Notes: generated by a model not told the origin, from the sequence alone. A DNA stretch of 64,000 bases from Pseudomonadota bacterium (GCA_039181265.1 JBCDCU010000001.1:4134-68133), one strand, 5' to 3'; shown: positions 18,561 through 28,906, counted from the stretch's first letter. Made by a program: numbers and translations.

Positions 18561-20873
18561 ATGGGCTGGGCAAAAACAACGGTTTCTTCACTTGCTATTA
18601 TCGCGGCTCTTTCGGGGCATGATGCGGTTGCACAGACGGCAACTGATGAAAGTGATTTTGAACTCGATCTGGTAACGATCACAACACGTCGCACTCTAGA
18701 AGATCTGCAGGATGTTCCCGGCAGTGTGACCGTTCTGACAGAGGAGAGGCTAGAGCGGTCGAACATCAACAACACTGATGATGTGATCCTCAACACGCCG
18801 GGCGTCAGCTTCACTGAAAATGCGAGCCCGTTCGATCTCAACGTTTCTATTCGCGGGATTACTGACATTGTCGGCGCGTCGGGCACCGGACCGACAAACG
18901 GTATCTTTCTGGATGGATTTCTCTTAAACCCAACGGGGGGTACAGCGTCCATAAATCCGCAGCTTGTCGATCTAGAACAGGTAGAAGTGGCTTTTGGCCC
19001 GCAGGGCACGGCATTCGGACGCGGGACACTTGGCGGCGCGATCAACTTCAGAACCAAAAAACCGACCGATGAGCTTGAATACTCTCTTGAGTTAGAGGCA
19101 GGATCCTTTGCAGACGGGCGCGGTGTCGCTGTCGCGAACTTGCCCATTTTCAAGGATGGGCTCCTCTCCACCCGGTTTGTCCTTTTCGGTGATATTTCGG
19201 ACGGCTTCATCGACTTCGCATCTTTGACTGATCCTGACTCAATCACGAGCGATAATGCTGGTGGGCGGTTCAGCCTGCGGTCGCAACCGACGGATCGCCT
19301 CACGTTCGATTTCGGCATCAATTTTGACAGGACAAATCAGGATGCTTCGTTCTCCGCAACACAGGAAAGTGTTGCAGCAGGAGATCCGATTAACGACGCA
19401 AATATAGCAGAAGGGCAAAATATCGATCGCTTGGTGACCACTGCCAACATCGTCTACGAAAGTGATCTTGGAGCGTTCAAATCTAATACCGGGTTTCTCG
19501 ATACGGATATCTTTTCCGATCTATCTGATACCGATAACACGTCCGTTGATTTCCTTACGGGAACCTCTGTTTCCAGCGAGCAGTCAATTTCTCAGGAGTT
19601 TCGATTTGAAAGCGATGAATTCTCTCTTCCAGAGGGGCTTGGTAAGATCTCGTTCAATATCGGGACCAGTTTCAGCTTCAGCGAGGACGAACTTGATTCG
19701 GCAACTTTACCAGGTACAGAGACGCTGTCCGCTTTTACGGGCGGGTTGCCATTTCTTACCCAAGTCGGGTTTTTGGCTGCGGCAGGTCTTCTTGATCCAA
19801 CGACACCTTTGCCTCTTCTGCCAGGCGAGGTTGCTGATGCGCTGGCCACATCGCCCGAAGAACTCGGAGCACTAGAAACAGTCTCATCCACGAGCGTCAA
19901 CAATTTCGGGGTTTTCGGAGATATTCGCTTCCGGCCGATCGACAAGCTGGAACTTGCCGTTGGAGCGCGTTTCCACCGTGACTCTGTGACTGTTGAGTCA
20001 ACAACGGCGTTATCTGGCGTTTTCGCTATTCCCACTCTTGGCTTTACGGCATCGGACTTCGCATCGACAGAGGTCTTCACGGCGGTCACACCGAATGCGT
20101 CGATCAAATATGATTGGACCGACGACTTCTCGACTTATGTCTCGTTTTCGACAGGATATCGCCCGGGCGGGGTATTCGCTTCGTCGGTTAGCATCGATGC
20201 GTTTGATGAGGAACGGGTGCGGTCCATCGAGGGCGGATTCAAGTCTACATGGTTCGATAACCGTCTGCTCGTCAACGCAAGCGGCTATTTCATCGACTAT
20301 GAGGATATCCAAGTCGCGATTATTGAAGCAGTTAGTACGCCAAGCGGAACCATCGCGGTGACAACTGTCGACAACGCCGCTGCTGCTCGCAGTATTGGTT
20401 CGGAAATCAATATCACTGCGTTACCATTCGATGGATTGCGCTTTGATGCCGGTATCGGCGTGAACTTCGCGACCTTCACCGACTTTACCGACTCTCCTTT
20501 TGGAGACCTCACTGGTACACGGCTGCCGAACGCGCCCGTCAACACTTTCTCTCTCGTAGCAGATTATGAACACCCGGAACCGGTCTTCAAAGACCTCAAA
20601 GCCTTTGTGCGGGCCGAATACAATTTCCGAACCGAATTCGCAAATTTGTTGGACCCATCTTTGATTACGTTCGACGGCTTCGATGTTGCGAATTTCCGCG
20701 CAGGGCTAAGAGGGGAGAATATGTCCATTACGGCCTTCGTCGAAAACGCGTTCAACGAAGTCTACACGACCGGATCGACGTCTCTCCTTGCTGCCGGTTT
20801 CCTCGGTGCTGATGTTGCGGTCGATGTAGGACCAACGCGCCGTTTCGGCGTTGTCGGGAGCATCAAATTCTAG
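18561..20873 (+). CDS. TonB-dependent outer-membrane receptor (no STN signalling domain)
   Basis: 770 aa. Signal peptide; TonB box/plug ELDLVTITTRR..VPGSVTVL; a barrel ending RRFGVVGSIKF. Confidence 0.9.
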   Translation: MGWAKTTVSSLAIIAALSGHDAVAQTATDESDFELDLVTITTRRTLEDLQDVPGSVTVLTEERLERSNINNTDDVILNTPGVSFTENASPFDLNVSIRGITDIVGASGTGPTNGIFLDGFLLNPTGGTASINPQLVDLEQVEVAFGPQGTAFGRGTLGGAINFRTKKPTDELEYSLELEAGSFADGRGVAVANLPIFKDGLLSTRFVLFGDISDGFIDFASLTDPDSITSDNAGGRFSLRSQPTDRLTFDFGINFDRTNQDASFSATQESVAAGDPINDANIAEGQNIDRLVTTANIVYESDLGAFKSNTGFLDTDIFSDLSDTDNTSVDFLTGTSVSSEQSISQEFRFESDEFSLPEGLGKISFNIGTSFSFSEDELDSATLPGTETLSAFTGGLPFLTQVGFLAAAGLLDPTTPLPLLPGEVADALATSPEELGALETVSSTSVNNFGVFGDIRFRPIDKLELAVGARFHRDSVTVESTTALSGVFAIPTLGFTASDFASTEVFTAVTPNASIKYDWTDDFSTYVSFSTGYRPGGVFASSVSIDAFDEERVRSIEGGFKSTWFDNRLLVNASGYFIDYEDIQVAIIEAVSTPSGTIAVTTVDNAAAARSIGSEINITALPFDGLRFDAGIGVNFATFTDFTDSPFGDLTGTRLPNAPVNTFSLVADYEHPEPVFKDLKAFVRAEYNFRTEFANLLDPSLITFDGFDVANFRAGLRGENMSITAFVENAFNEVYTTGSTSLLAAGFLGADVAVDVGPTRRFGVVGSIKF

Positions 20874-20880
20874 AGGCACT

Positions 20881-21219
20881 ATGATCGCTATCATCCTGAC
20901 ATCTGTTCTTCTTCTGGCTGCGTTTTCAGCGTTCGTCTATGCCGCCCGGCGCGCCGGTAAAACGACTGCAAACACGATCAACGTACTGTCAGGTCTGAGC
21001 GGACGATTAGTCGGCTCAGGTTTGTTATTCGCAAGCCTTCTGCCGGTCGTCTCAATCTTCGGACTCGAGATCGGATTACCAATCTGGTTGGGCCTTGCGA
21101 CGGTCAGTGCTGTCTGTGTTCTTTGGGTTGGGGTGAGGCGCAACCTCTTTATTGTCATGCTGGGAATTTTTCCGGTCGCATCGAGCGCATTTTGCTCAGG
21201 TGCGGCTTTTGCCTGCTGA
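20881..21219 (+). CDS. Small integral membrane protein
   Basis: Hydrophobic ORF of about 112 aa directly after the receptor stop. ATG 20881 is preceded by GAGG. Confidence 0.55.
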   Translation: MIAIILTSVLLLAAFSAFVYAARRAGKTTANTINVLSGLSGRLVGSGLLFASLLPVVSIFGLEIGLPIWLGLATVSAVCVLWVGVRRNLFIVMLGIFPVASSAFCSGAAFAC

Positions 21220-21257
21220 CCGATGATGATCGAACATGAAACTCTAGAGGAACATTT

Positions 21258-21512
21258 TTGCTGCGCTTACTTTGCATTTTGATCATTTCTGCGATTGCGA
21301 CGATCCTGCTGGCGTCTGCGGTGATCATTCACCTTCCTTTTGATCGCGGTGACACGCTGATCTGGTCGGGATTGATGGTGCCGATCATATGGGCTTGCCT
21401 GGTCGTCTTTGCCTACTGGTACGACCGGGCGTGGCGAGGTTTCGCGGTCCTCGGCGCGGTGACTGCTGTTTCCGCACTCCTTATTGTTTTTCGAGATAGC
21501 GGAGGCACTTGA
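21258..21512 (+). CDS. Small integral membrane protein (TTG start)
   Basis: 84 aa with 3 hydrophobic segments; GAGGAA lies 6 nt upstream; the end overlaps the PepSY gene start by 4 nt. Confidence 0.55.
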   Translation: MLRLLCILIISAIATILLASAVIIHLPFDRGDTLIWSGLMVPIIWACLVVFAYWYDRAWRGFAVLGAVTAVSALLIVFRDSGGT

Positions 21513-23059
21513 GAATGAATCGTGACCGGCTGAAGCGGCTATACCACCTCCATTCTCTCATCGGCATAGCCTTCGGCTGGATGGTTTTCGTCGTCGTCTT
21601 TTCCGGCATCCCGGCTCTATTCTACGAAGAAATGAAAACCTGGGAGGATCCGGCCAACCGCATCGTATTGCAGCAGGAGCCAATCGAACTTCTACCGCTT
21701 CTCGAAAACCTCATTGAGGAAGAGGCGAAGGGCAAAGAGATCGAGTCGATTTTCTCTTTGCTCCCGACGGCAATGCACCCCTTCTACGAACTGCGTTTAC
21801 GGGCCGAGGATCCTCAGACAGGAGATCATATTGAGCTCGTTCGGAAATGGAATCCGAACGATGGCATGCCGATTGCCGAACGGGGTGAAGGGTTCTCGAC
21901 CTGGCTCACCGACTTCCACCGAAACTTTATGATCGAAGGGACGGTCGGACGGGCCCTTGTCGGATTAGTCGGTGTTTTTCTGCTGATCTCGGTGGTGACC
22001 GGCGTTCTTACGCACCGGAAAATGATCGCTGAAATGTTCACATGGCGCTTGGATCGGTCGGTCCGTCTGAAATGGCAGGATACCCATAAAATTCTTGGTC
22101 TCTGGGGGCTCCCTTACGCAGCGATGATCGCCTTTACCGGTGCGTTCCTCGGTCTTCTTGTGATCATGCTGCCAGCGACAGCTTTGTTGGTTTTCAACGG
22201 TGACCGTGAAGCCATTGGGGATGCGTTAAGTGGGCCACCAGTGGTTGAGACCGGGGTCATGTCCGAGATGCATTTGTTTAATCCGCTTCGTGAGCGCGCG
22301 GCCGAAGCGGTCGGCCGTATGCCGGAACGGCTCACTATTCAAAGATGGGGTGATGAAAGCGCTCACTATGTGTTCCTTTATAAGATCGAAGGCCATTTGC
22401 TGCGCTATGGAAGTTATGTGGTCAGCGGTTCTTCAGGAGACTTTATCGAAAACCGTCTGACACAAGGCCCTGGGGCTGCCTGGCGGGTGGTCTCATCAAT
22501 CACGCCGCTCCATTACGCCACCTATGGCGGCATATGGCTTAAGGTTCTTTATGCGGTTCTTGCCGTTGGGCTTTGTGTTGTGATTGCGACTGGTTCAATG
22601 ATGTGGCTTGAACGGCGCCTGCACGGAAATGAAGGAAGATGGTCGAACACGACCTACAGGATACTGGGTCATCTGACGACCGGAATTATGACTGGGGTAA
22701 TTCTGACGTCTGCAGCACTCTTTCATGTCGATACCGTCATTTCCGTAGACCCGGAAAATCGATTGTTCTGGATCGGTGTGAGTTATTTTTCCATCTGGAT
22801 CCTCGCGATTGGTTACACGCTCCTGCGGCGCAATGATTATCGCGCCTGCCGGGAAATCCTTGCTGCATCGGCCTTGTTTCTCGTTGCGATACCGTTGTCG
22901 AATGCAGTGTTTAAAGGGGCGGCGGTGTCCCATGTATATGCGCCGGAACATGCGTTCGTTTGGGGCGTCGATCTTGCCGGTATTGTTCTTGGTATTCTTA
23001 TGATCGTGGTGACTTTCTATCTGCCTCGAAAGCGGATGGTCGGCATGAAATCGGCCTAA
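21509..23059 (+). CDS. PepSY-associated TM-helix protein (PiuB-like)
   Basis: LKRLYHLHSLIGIAFGWMVFVVVFSGIPALF is the family-typical N-terminus; polytopic, 516 aa. Confidence 0.85.
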   Translation: MRMNRDRLKRLYHLHSLIGIAFGWMVFVVVFSGIPALFYEEMKTWEDPANRIVLQQEPIELLPLLENLIEEEAKGKEIESIFSLLPTAMHPFYELRLRAEDPQTGDHIELVRKWNPNDGMPIAERGEGFSTWLTDFHRNFMIEGTVGRALVGLVGVFLLISVVTGVLTHRKMIAEMFTWRLDRSVRLKWQDTHKILGLWGLPYAAMIAFTGAFLGLLVIMLPATALLVFNGDREAIGDALSGPPVVETGVMSEMHLFNPLRERAAEAVGRMPERLTIQRWGDESAHYVFLYKIEGHLLRYGSYVVSGSSGDFIENRLTQGPGAAWRVVSSITPLHYATYGGIWLKVLYAVLAVGLCVVIATGSMMWLERRLHGNEGRWSNTTYRILGHLTTGIMTGVILTSAALFHVDTVISVDPENRLFWIGVSYFSIWILAIGYTLLRRNDYRACREILAASALFLVAIPLSNAVFKGAAVSHVYAPEHAFVWGVDLAGIVLGILMIVVTFYLPRKRMVGMKSA

Positions 23060-23148
23060 TCAAACAACACAACATGCGCAGGAGCGCGTTACGCACCCTT
23101 TCCTGTGACAGGGATCGGGGCCAGTCGAAACATGAAGCAACCATTTGT

Positions 23149-23412
23149 TCAAATGGCTGACATGATTCTTGTCACCGACCATCCGATGACCAGGATTGCT
23201 CCGATCCAGATCGCGAATGCTGCAATGTTGTGAAAGACGAGTGCGAGTGCCAAAGGGGGCAGTACCAGGCAGCATACCGAAATCCAGGAAAGGAGGGTGG
23301 ATGCGCTTGTTTCAGATTGATGGCGCTTAATGCGCCTTGGATTGGCGTAACAGAGGTAACTAAGCCCCAGCACGCTGATGAGGATTGCGACAGTGGTCAC
23401 AACTGGGGTCAT
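23149..23412 (-). CDS. Small integral membrane protein, paralogue of 3981-4247
   Basis: The start is set at ATG 23412 by paralogue alignment. It makes a 4-nt overlap with the PepSY stop, as in cassette 1. Confidence 0.7.
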   Translation of the reverse strand: MTPVVTTVAILISVLGLSYLCYANPRRIKRHQSETSASTLLSWISVCCLVLPPLALALVFHNIAAFAIWIGAILVIGWSVTRIMSAI

Positions 23413-24977
23413 TCGGCCGGTTTCCCTGCGGTTTTGCGTGGCATCCAATTTTGAAAAGTCTTGGTAAGTAGGGTCAAGCCGCAGAGTATCAGTATGGCAT
23501 CTGCTGCAATCACGGTGAGCTGAACATTCTGGATCAGTGTTATCCAATCCGCGCCCGTTATGGATTGCCTAAGAATTGGCAATGATATGCAGAGCGCGAT
23601 AGTCAGACTTCGCATCAATGAACCCGCTGAGCGGAAGGACAAGCCAACCGGGATAAGGATCAAGGCGGTGATGACAAATCCGGCGGGCGTCCAGAACGAC
23701 GCTGAGCCGCTCGGTATGCTCACAAAATACGACAACGCACTGACAAGCATACAGATCGGCAGCCCCCATATCAGGGTATCAATTGCCCTTTCGTAGATGA
23801 GCCATCCTTGGCTATCTGCCCGACGGCGCACCCAGAATTGCAGTCCGCTTGCAACCGTATAGGCCATGCCAAGGCCGAGGGCGAACCAGATAATCTTCGA
23901 TGCCAATCCGGAGAAATCACCGAAGTGCAAAGGACCCATGAGGTCGATCGCTGCGGAACCAAGTGAAGGGCTTGTGCCGAACGACGGTATCTGGCCAATA
24001 AACGAACCGTCCATGCCATTGAAGGCCAATTGTTGACCCGTCAAATCGCCGTCCTGCGGGTTGTGCAATGTTATCAGCTCCATGGCAGATGTGCCCCAGT
24101 TCTCGATGGTGAGCAGGGTGGGAGCAGTTTTGATCCGCGCTGTTGCATCCTGAAGGACGGTATCAATGCTCACGCCATGATGCGGTGTGGTCTCGCTGGC
24201 ATGCTCATGCCCGACGAGGGTCTCCATCATCGCCATTTGATCACCCTTAAACGCAACGGTGGCGACGACCGGCAGACCGATTGATTCCGCGAAACTGAAG
24301 AAGGCGCCGGTAAATCCAAGCACAAGGCTGAACGGCAACAACCATGTACTGACCAGCGTATGGCGATCGCGCATATCAACGAGCCTACGGAGCGTTTTTG
24401 GCGCGTAGAAGATGTCCCGGAACATATGACGATGCATCAAGAAGCCTGAGACAGATGCAGCAAGCACGAGGAGACCGAGAACGCCGGTAAGGATCAGGCC
24501 CCAGGGTTCCGGAATATAGAGCCGCACATGCAGATCAATCAGGAAACGCTCCAATGCATTGCTCGGATCAGCATTCCTTAACCAGGAGCCAAAGCCTTCC
24601 TTTCGTGCCAGCGTTTCGCCGGTTTCCGGATTGAGGTCGATATCGACACCATAATCGTCTATCTGCCCCGTCTCCGGATTCTGTTTGTGGGTATGGAAGA
24701 AGACGGTCAGCGTTCCGTCTGTTCCCTTCCAGATGCTGATCTCCCCATAAAACTCTTGATCAACAGTCGCTGCGACTTTGCGAATATAGGCATCGATCGG
24801 CTCGGTGAGTGTGGCGCTGTATTTCTCTCCACCTTGAGACCACAGGCCAATCTCATGAGCAAAAACGGCAACGGCCCCGGTGACGATCACAACGTATAGG
24901 AGAAGCCCCAGAATCGTGCCCGACCAACCATGGATCGCTACCAGACGTTTCATGCGTGATTGTGAGATCGCGACCAT
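23409..24977 (-). CDS. PepSY-associated TM-helix protein, cassette 3
   Basis: Collinear with 4244-5812 (MVAISQSRMKRLVAIHGWSGTILGLLLYVVIVTG). ATG 24977 is preceded by GGAGAA. Confidence 0.87.
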   Translation of the reverse strand: MVAISQSRMKRLVAIHGWSGTILGLLLYVVIVTGAVAVFAHEIGLWSQGGEKYSATLTEPIDAYIRKVAATVDQEFYGEISIWKGTDGTLTVFFHTHKQNPETGQIDDYGVDIDLNPETGETLARKEGFGSWLRNADPSNALERFLIDLHVRLYIPEPWGLILTGVLGLLVLAASVSGFLMHRHMFRDIFYAPKTLRRLVDMRDRHTLVSTWLLPFSLVLGFTGAFFSFAESIGLPVVATVAFKGDQMAMMETLVGHEHASETTPHHGVSIDTVLQDATARIKTAPTLLTIENWGTSAMELITLHNPQDGDLTGQQLAFNGMDGSFIGQIPSFGTSPSLGSAAIDLMGPLHFGDFSGLASKIIWFALGLGMAYTVASGLQFWVRRRADSQGWLIYERAIDTLIWGLPICMLVSALSYFVSIPSGSASFWTPAGFVITALILIPVGLSFRSAGSLMRSLTIALCISLPILRQSITGADWITLIQNVQLTVIAADAILILCGLTLLTKTFQNWMPRKTAGKPAE

Positions 24978-24998
24978 CTGCTTCTCCAAGCCGTGGTT

Positions 24999-25286
24999 TC
25001 AAGAAAGCGCCAGACCAATGACAGCGGCATTGAAAACGAAAAGGACCGCCAGAATGGCGGTTGCCCGAACCATGTTTTCTTCAAGAACAACGTAAAAGAA
25101 AATAACGGCCCAGATTGCTGGAAGCAGGATCAGTGGGAAGACGAGATGGTCGATCCCGGCGTTGCCTTGTGGCAAAAACAACGGCATCGCAGCCATCGTC
25201 GCGACTGACAAAATGACCGCACCAGGACCCGCAAGGAGCCACCGCATCACCCCGTTTCTATTCCCTCGCCCTGTCTTACCCATCAC
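24999..25286 (-). CDS. Small integral membrane protein, paralogue of 5832-6155
   Basis: 95 aa, hydrophobic, with conserved blocks shared with the cassette-1 copy. Confidence 0.65.
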   Translation of the reverse strand: MMGKTGRGNRNGVMRWLLAGPGAVILSVATMAAMPLFLPQGNAGIDHLVFPLILLPAIWAVIFFYVVLEENMVRATAILAVLFVFNAAVIGLALS

Positions 25287-25434
25287 ACCATCCTTGTAAG
25301 CTCACTCTCGCTGGGCATCTTTGTTCCGCAGCATAGAAGTCTGACATCATGATCCATTCCAAATGTCCGCGGACGGGCATTCCCTTAACTTTGCGATACC
25401 GGTCAGGTTGGAACCGTGAATCAGCAGCCACGTT

Positions 25435-27759
25435 CTAAAATGACAGAGTACCGGATATCCCGAAGGTACGCGGGCGACCGACGACGACAAAGCCTTCTGC
25501 AAAATCAGCCGTGATGTAACGATTATCAGCAACGTTGTTGATGAACCCGTCGATCCGGCCCACCACCCGGTCATTGATTTTGTGCTCATAGCCCGCAGCA
25601 AGATCGACGACGACATAGCTATCCAACGCCCCTTCACCCAAGTCATCGACGATTGAGCCTACGAAGCGTGCGTTGACAGATGCGGAAAGGCCAAAATCGG
25701 ATACATAGGAAAGACCGCCATTTGCCGTGACGCCCGGCGCATCGGGGAGGTCCGCGCCAAGGGACGCCGCAGCTACTCCGACAGTACCCGTGACATCTGT
25801 GATCTCAGTGTTAAGCAAGCCGAGGCCGGCACTTAAGATCAAGCCGTCCAGGATCTCAAAGCTGCCATCAAGTTCCAGGCCGAAACCGCGGGCTTCCGGA
25901 ATATTTCCGACGAGGCCGAATAAAGAGGAAGCCTCGGATTCCGGCGCCGCCCCAACGACTTGAGCATCCATTAGTGTGTAGTAAAAGGCACTGGCATTCA
26001 GAAGTAATCTGCCATCCAGTTGCTCCGTCTTGACGAAAACTTCATGCTGATTCAGGCGCTCTGAATCAAATTCGACGACTAGTCCCGTCGGATCAAAGAA
26101 ATCAAAATCGACGCCACCTGGACGAAAGCCCTGGGAATAGGTGTACCCAACGCCGAGATCATCATTGACGTCATATCTGAGACCGACTTTTGGAATAAAC
26201 GCCGTTTCACTGATAGATGTATCGGTTCCAACTCCGGCAAAGGCGAATGAACGATCACGACTGTCAATCTCAACGCGTGCACCCGCTATGAGGGTCAGTT
26301 TGTCAGTGATGTCGAATTCAGCCTCTCCGAAGATACCGATATTTTTGATGTCGCCATCAACGTCGATCGCCAGGAACGTATCGTTGACGGCATCATCGAC
26401 CTGGTTTTCATAGGCGACACCGAACAGGCCCTTGGAAAATCGGCCGAGGTCTTTGAACGTCACGAAACCTTCGGCTGTGACGGTTTCGGTGCTTTGTTCA
26501 AGATCAAAAAGGTCACTCAGCCCCGGCGGAAATCGGAAGGTGTTGTCCAGAAAAGCTGCTCTGCCTTCAACGGTGATACGGTCCGACACCTCGTACTTGA
26601 CCGAGCCCGAATAAACGGTTTGATCGTTCTCTTCAAACTCCGGGCTAAGGAGAAAACTCGACCGTACCAACGGATCGCCAGGGGCGTCGACGATACCGGG
26701 CGTTTCAAGCCCGGAACTGGATGTATTGTCGACAGTGAACTTCAATTCCAGTCCGGGCACGGCTTCCGGTGTGAAGAGCACTTTGCCGCGAAAACGGCGG
26801 AATTCTTCATCCTCGATGACGTCAACCGCTTCTGCTGAAACGTCCCCTCCGAGCGCGAACGGCAAAACTTCGACAAAGGATTCGCCATCAGACGCCTCAG
26901 CCGTGAAACGAACAGCGAGTTGGTCATCAACGATCGGCACGTTGAGAAGGAAAGCGCCACCAATGGTCCCATCCTGATTGAAATAGTTTATGCGTGCTTT
27001 GCCCTCCAATTCGTTGGTCGGATCTTTTGTCTGGATGCGAACGGCCCCGGCAAGAGCATTTCGGCCGGTTGTCGTTGCTTGCGGACCACGCGCGACCTCA
27101 ATTGCTTCGACATCCCAAACGCTCGCTAGTGAGGGTACGGCGCTGCCTACCAAAGGCCGTGGCACGCCATCAATAATAACGGGTACACGCGGTTGAGACC
27201 CTGTCGAAAGCGCTGGCCCACCTATGATGTTCGTTCCTTGGACACCCCTGATCGATGGGAGAGAGTCTCCCTCCTCATTGAGAACGTTCGGAATACCTTG
27301 AATGGCTTCGCGTACGTCAAAGTTTTTCGGTGTGTCAGCTTCCTCCCCGAGAACCACAATACTCGGAGTTACTTCTTGCAGGCTTCGACCAATTTTCTCG
27401 CCCTCGACAATGACAACTTCATCGAGCAGGACGTCCCCATCCTGCGAAGACGCGGCCTCGGTTAGCGTGAATGTGCGATCTGGGAGTTCAACAATGGAGA
27501 GGCCGGAACCTTCAACCATCAATTGCAGCGCCTGGTAGGTTGTTAACTCGCCTGCAACCGCGCGACTGGTCTTACCAAGCGTCAGGCGCCGACTGCCAAT
27601 AATCGCTCGGCCGGTTTCAGAACTCAATTCACTGATTGCATTGTTGAGCGGTTGCGCGGGGACGTCGATTGGTTGCGTGTCTTGCGAGAGCCCCTGTGCG
27701 GTTCCCATTATCACCAGACTCAATGACATCGTTGTTGTCATCAGCGTATTTCTAAACAT
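25435..27759 (-). CDS. TonB-dependent transducer with STN domain, cassette 3
   Basis: 774 aa, collinear with cassettes 1 and 2 (IDVPAQPLNNAISELSSETGRAI, LLDEVVIVEGEKIGRSLQEVTPSIVVL, ..GISGTLSF). Confidence 0.92.
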   Translation of the reverse strand: MFRNTLMTTTMSLSLVIMGTAQGLSQDTQPIDVPAQPLNNAISELSSETGRAIIGSRRLTLGKTSRAVAGELTTYQALQLMVEGSGLSIVELPDRTFTLTEAASSQDGDVLLDEVVIVEGEKIGRSLQEVTPSIVVLGEEADTPKNFDVREAIQGIPNVLNEEGDSLPSIRGVQGTNIIGGPALSTGSQPRVPVIIDGVPRPLVGSAVPSLASVWDVEAIEVARGPQATTTGRNALAGAVRIQTKDPTNELEGKARINYFNQDGTIGGAFLLNVPIVDDQLAVRFTAEASDGESFVEVLPFALGGDVSAEAVDVIEDEEFRRFRGKVLFTPEAVPGLELKFTVDNTSSSGLETPGIVDAPGDPLVRSSFLLSPEFEENDQTVYSGSVKYEVSDRITVEGRAAFLDNTFRFPPGLSDLFDLEQSTETVTAEGFVTFKDLGRFSKGLFGVAYENQVDDAVNDTFLAIDVDGDIKNIGIFGEAEFDITDKLTLIAGARVEIDSRDRSFAFAGVGTDTSISETAFIPKVGLRYDVNDDLGVGYTYSQGFRPGGVDFDFFDPTGLVVEFDSERLNQHEVFVKTEQLDGRLLLNASAFYYTLMDAQVVGAAPESEASSLFGLVGNIPEARGFGLELDGSFEILDGLILSAGLGLLNTEITDVTGTVGVAAASLGADLPDAPGVTANGGLSYVSDFGLSASVNARFVGSIVDDLGEGALDSYVVVDLAAGYEHKINDRVVGRIDGFINNVADNRYITADFAEGFVVVGRPRTFGISGTLSF

Positions 27760-27819
27760 GCCCCAAACCCTTGCTGATTTTGTGAAAATGACTGCTTTTC
27801 ACTGAGTCAACGTTCGAGA

Positions 27820-27855
27820 CATTCGAATGTGTTGCTAAAAATTGATTTTTTTTCT
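27820..27855 (-). promoter_or_regulatory. Candidate ECF-dependent promoter of the cassette-3 receptor
   Basis: The minus strand reads GAGAAAAAAAATCA-N17-CGA. Confidence 0.4.
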
Positions 27856-27918
27856 CAAGTTTGAGAATTCCGCGGCACAAGTGCGGAGCATACCGGCGTA
27901 AAACAGGTAAGGTTGGTG

Positions 27919-28836
27919 TTAGTTGTTCCTCACAATTGTTATGATCGGCGACGCTGACGTGACAGTAGCACCGCTGCCAAGTGCCAGGGCCTCAAGGGCG
28001 CCAAGCGGATTTCCAAGGTCCAAGCGACCATCAAATTCCTCGTTGGCAAGGTCTTTATCAAGAATAATCACAGGCCCCGGAATGCGCCGATCAAGGATTT
28101 CGACCACCTCTTGAAACGACATGCCATCGGTCACGATGAGACCGTCCCGCCATGTTGCCATATCCGTAATTGGCAGATTCTCGATAATGGGCTCTAGACC
28201 ATCCCGGTATCGGAGCTGGTCCCCGGCCTCAAGGCGCACAGCTTTGTTGTGAACGACAACATCCACGGTTCCCTTTGCAACAGAGACCACGAGCTGGTCT
28301 TCGAATCTCGTCACTTCGAATTCTGTGCCCACCACCTCAACGATGACGTCATCAATCCGAACACGGAACGGTTGGGATTGTCGTTCTACCTGAAAATACA
28401 CTGCTCCTCTAAGAAGCGAGACTTGACGTCGAATGTCGTTGGTTTGATCTATTATCGCGCTGGAGGCATCGAGCGTGATGGTATCGCCGGACAGAAGGTC
28501 AACCGTTCTAATTTCGCCAGCGGTGATGTGATCCGCGCGCAGATACACTGAGATCGGCTCGAACATCATATAAAGGAAACCGCCCAGTATAACCGCCAAT
28601 AGAATGGAAACACGCGGCGGGCCTTTGGGTTTTCGGCCAAGCGCTTTTGACGCAAGGCTAACACCTTTGAGTAATCGGGCGTAGGTGTCGCGTTCAGCGT
28701 CGCCTCTGGCGAGAAAGGCGTCGCGGTCGCGTTGCGCCTGAAGGTCGTTCGGGTCATCTTCGAGGCGTTGATGAATATCGGCCGCTTCAATCGCCCGCTT
28801 AAACTCTTCTGGATCCAGGTCATCTTGATCCGCCAT
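27919..28836 (-). CDS. FecR-family anti-sigma factor, cassette 3
   Basis: 305 aa, collinear with the other two FecR-like proteins. Confidence 0.88.
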   Translation of the reverse strand: MADQDDLDPEEFKRAIEAADIHQRLEDDPNDLQAQRDRDAFLARGDAERDTYARLLKGVSLASKALGRKPKGPPRVSILLAVILGGFLYMMFEPISVYLRADHITAGEIRTVDLLSGDTITLDASSAIIDQTNDIRRQVSLLRGAVYFQVERQSQPFRVRIDDVIVEVVGTEFEVTRFEDQLVVSVAKGTVDVVVHNKAVRLEAGDQLRYRDGLEPIIENLPITDMATWRDGLIVTDGMSFQEVVEILDRRIPGPVIILDKDLANEEFDGRLDLGNPLGALEALALGSGATVTSASPIITIVRNN

Positions 28837-28906
28837 TAATTCCGGCCCCGATCTTCAACGTCTTTTACCTGGGTAACGTAAAGCGCGGCGAAATGTTTTG
28901 CGAAAA

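Noticed and set aside
18530-19321. 263-aa minus-strand ORF overlapping the start of the plus-strand TonB-dependent receptor
   Set aside because: It is an antisense shadow of a strongly supported CDS. The product is Ser/Arg/Pro-rich and low in complexity, resembles no family, and would run through the box E promoter region.
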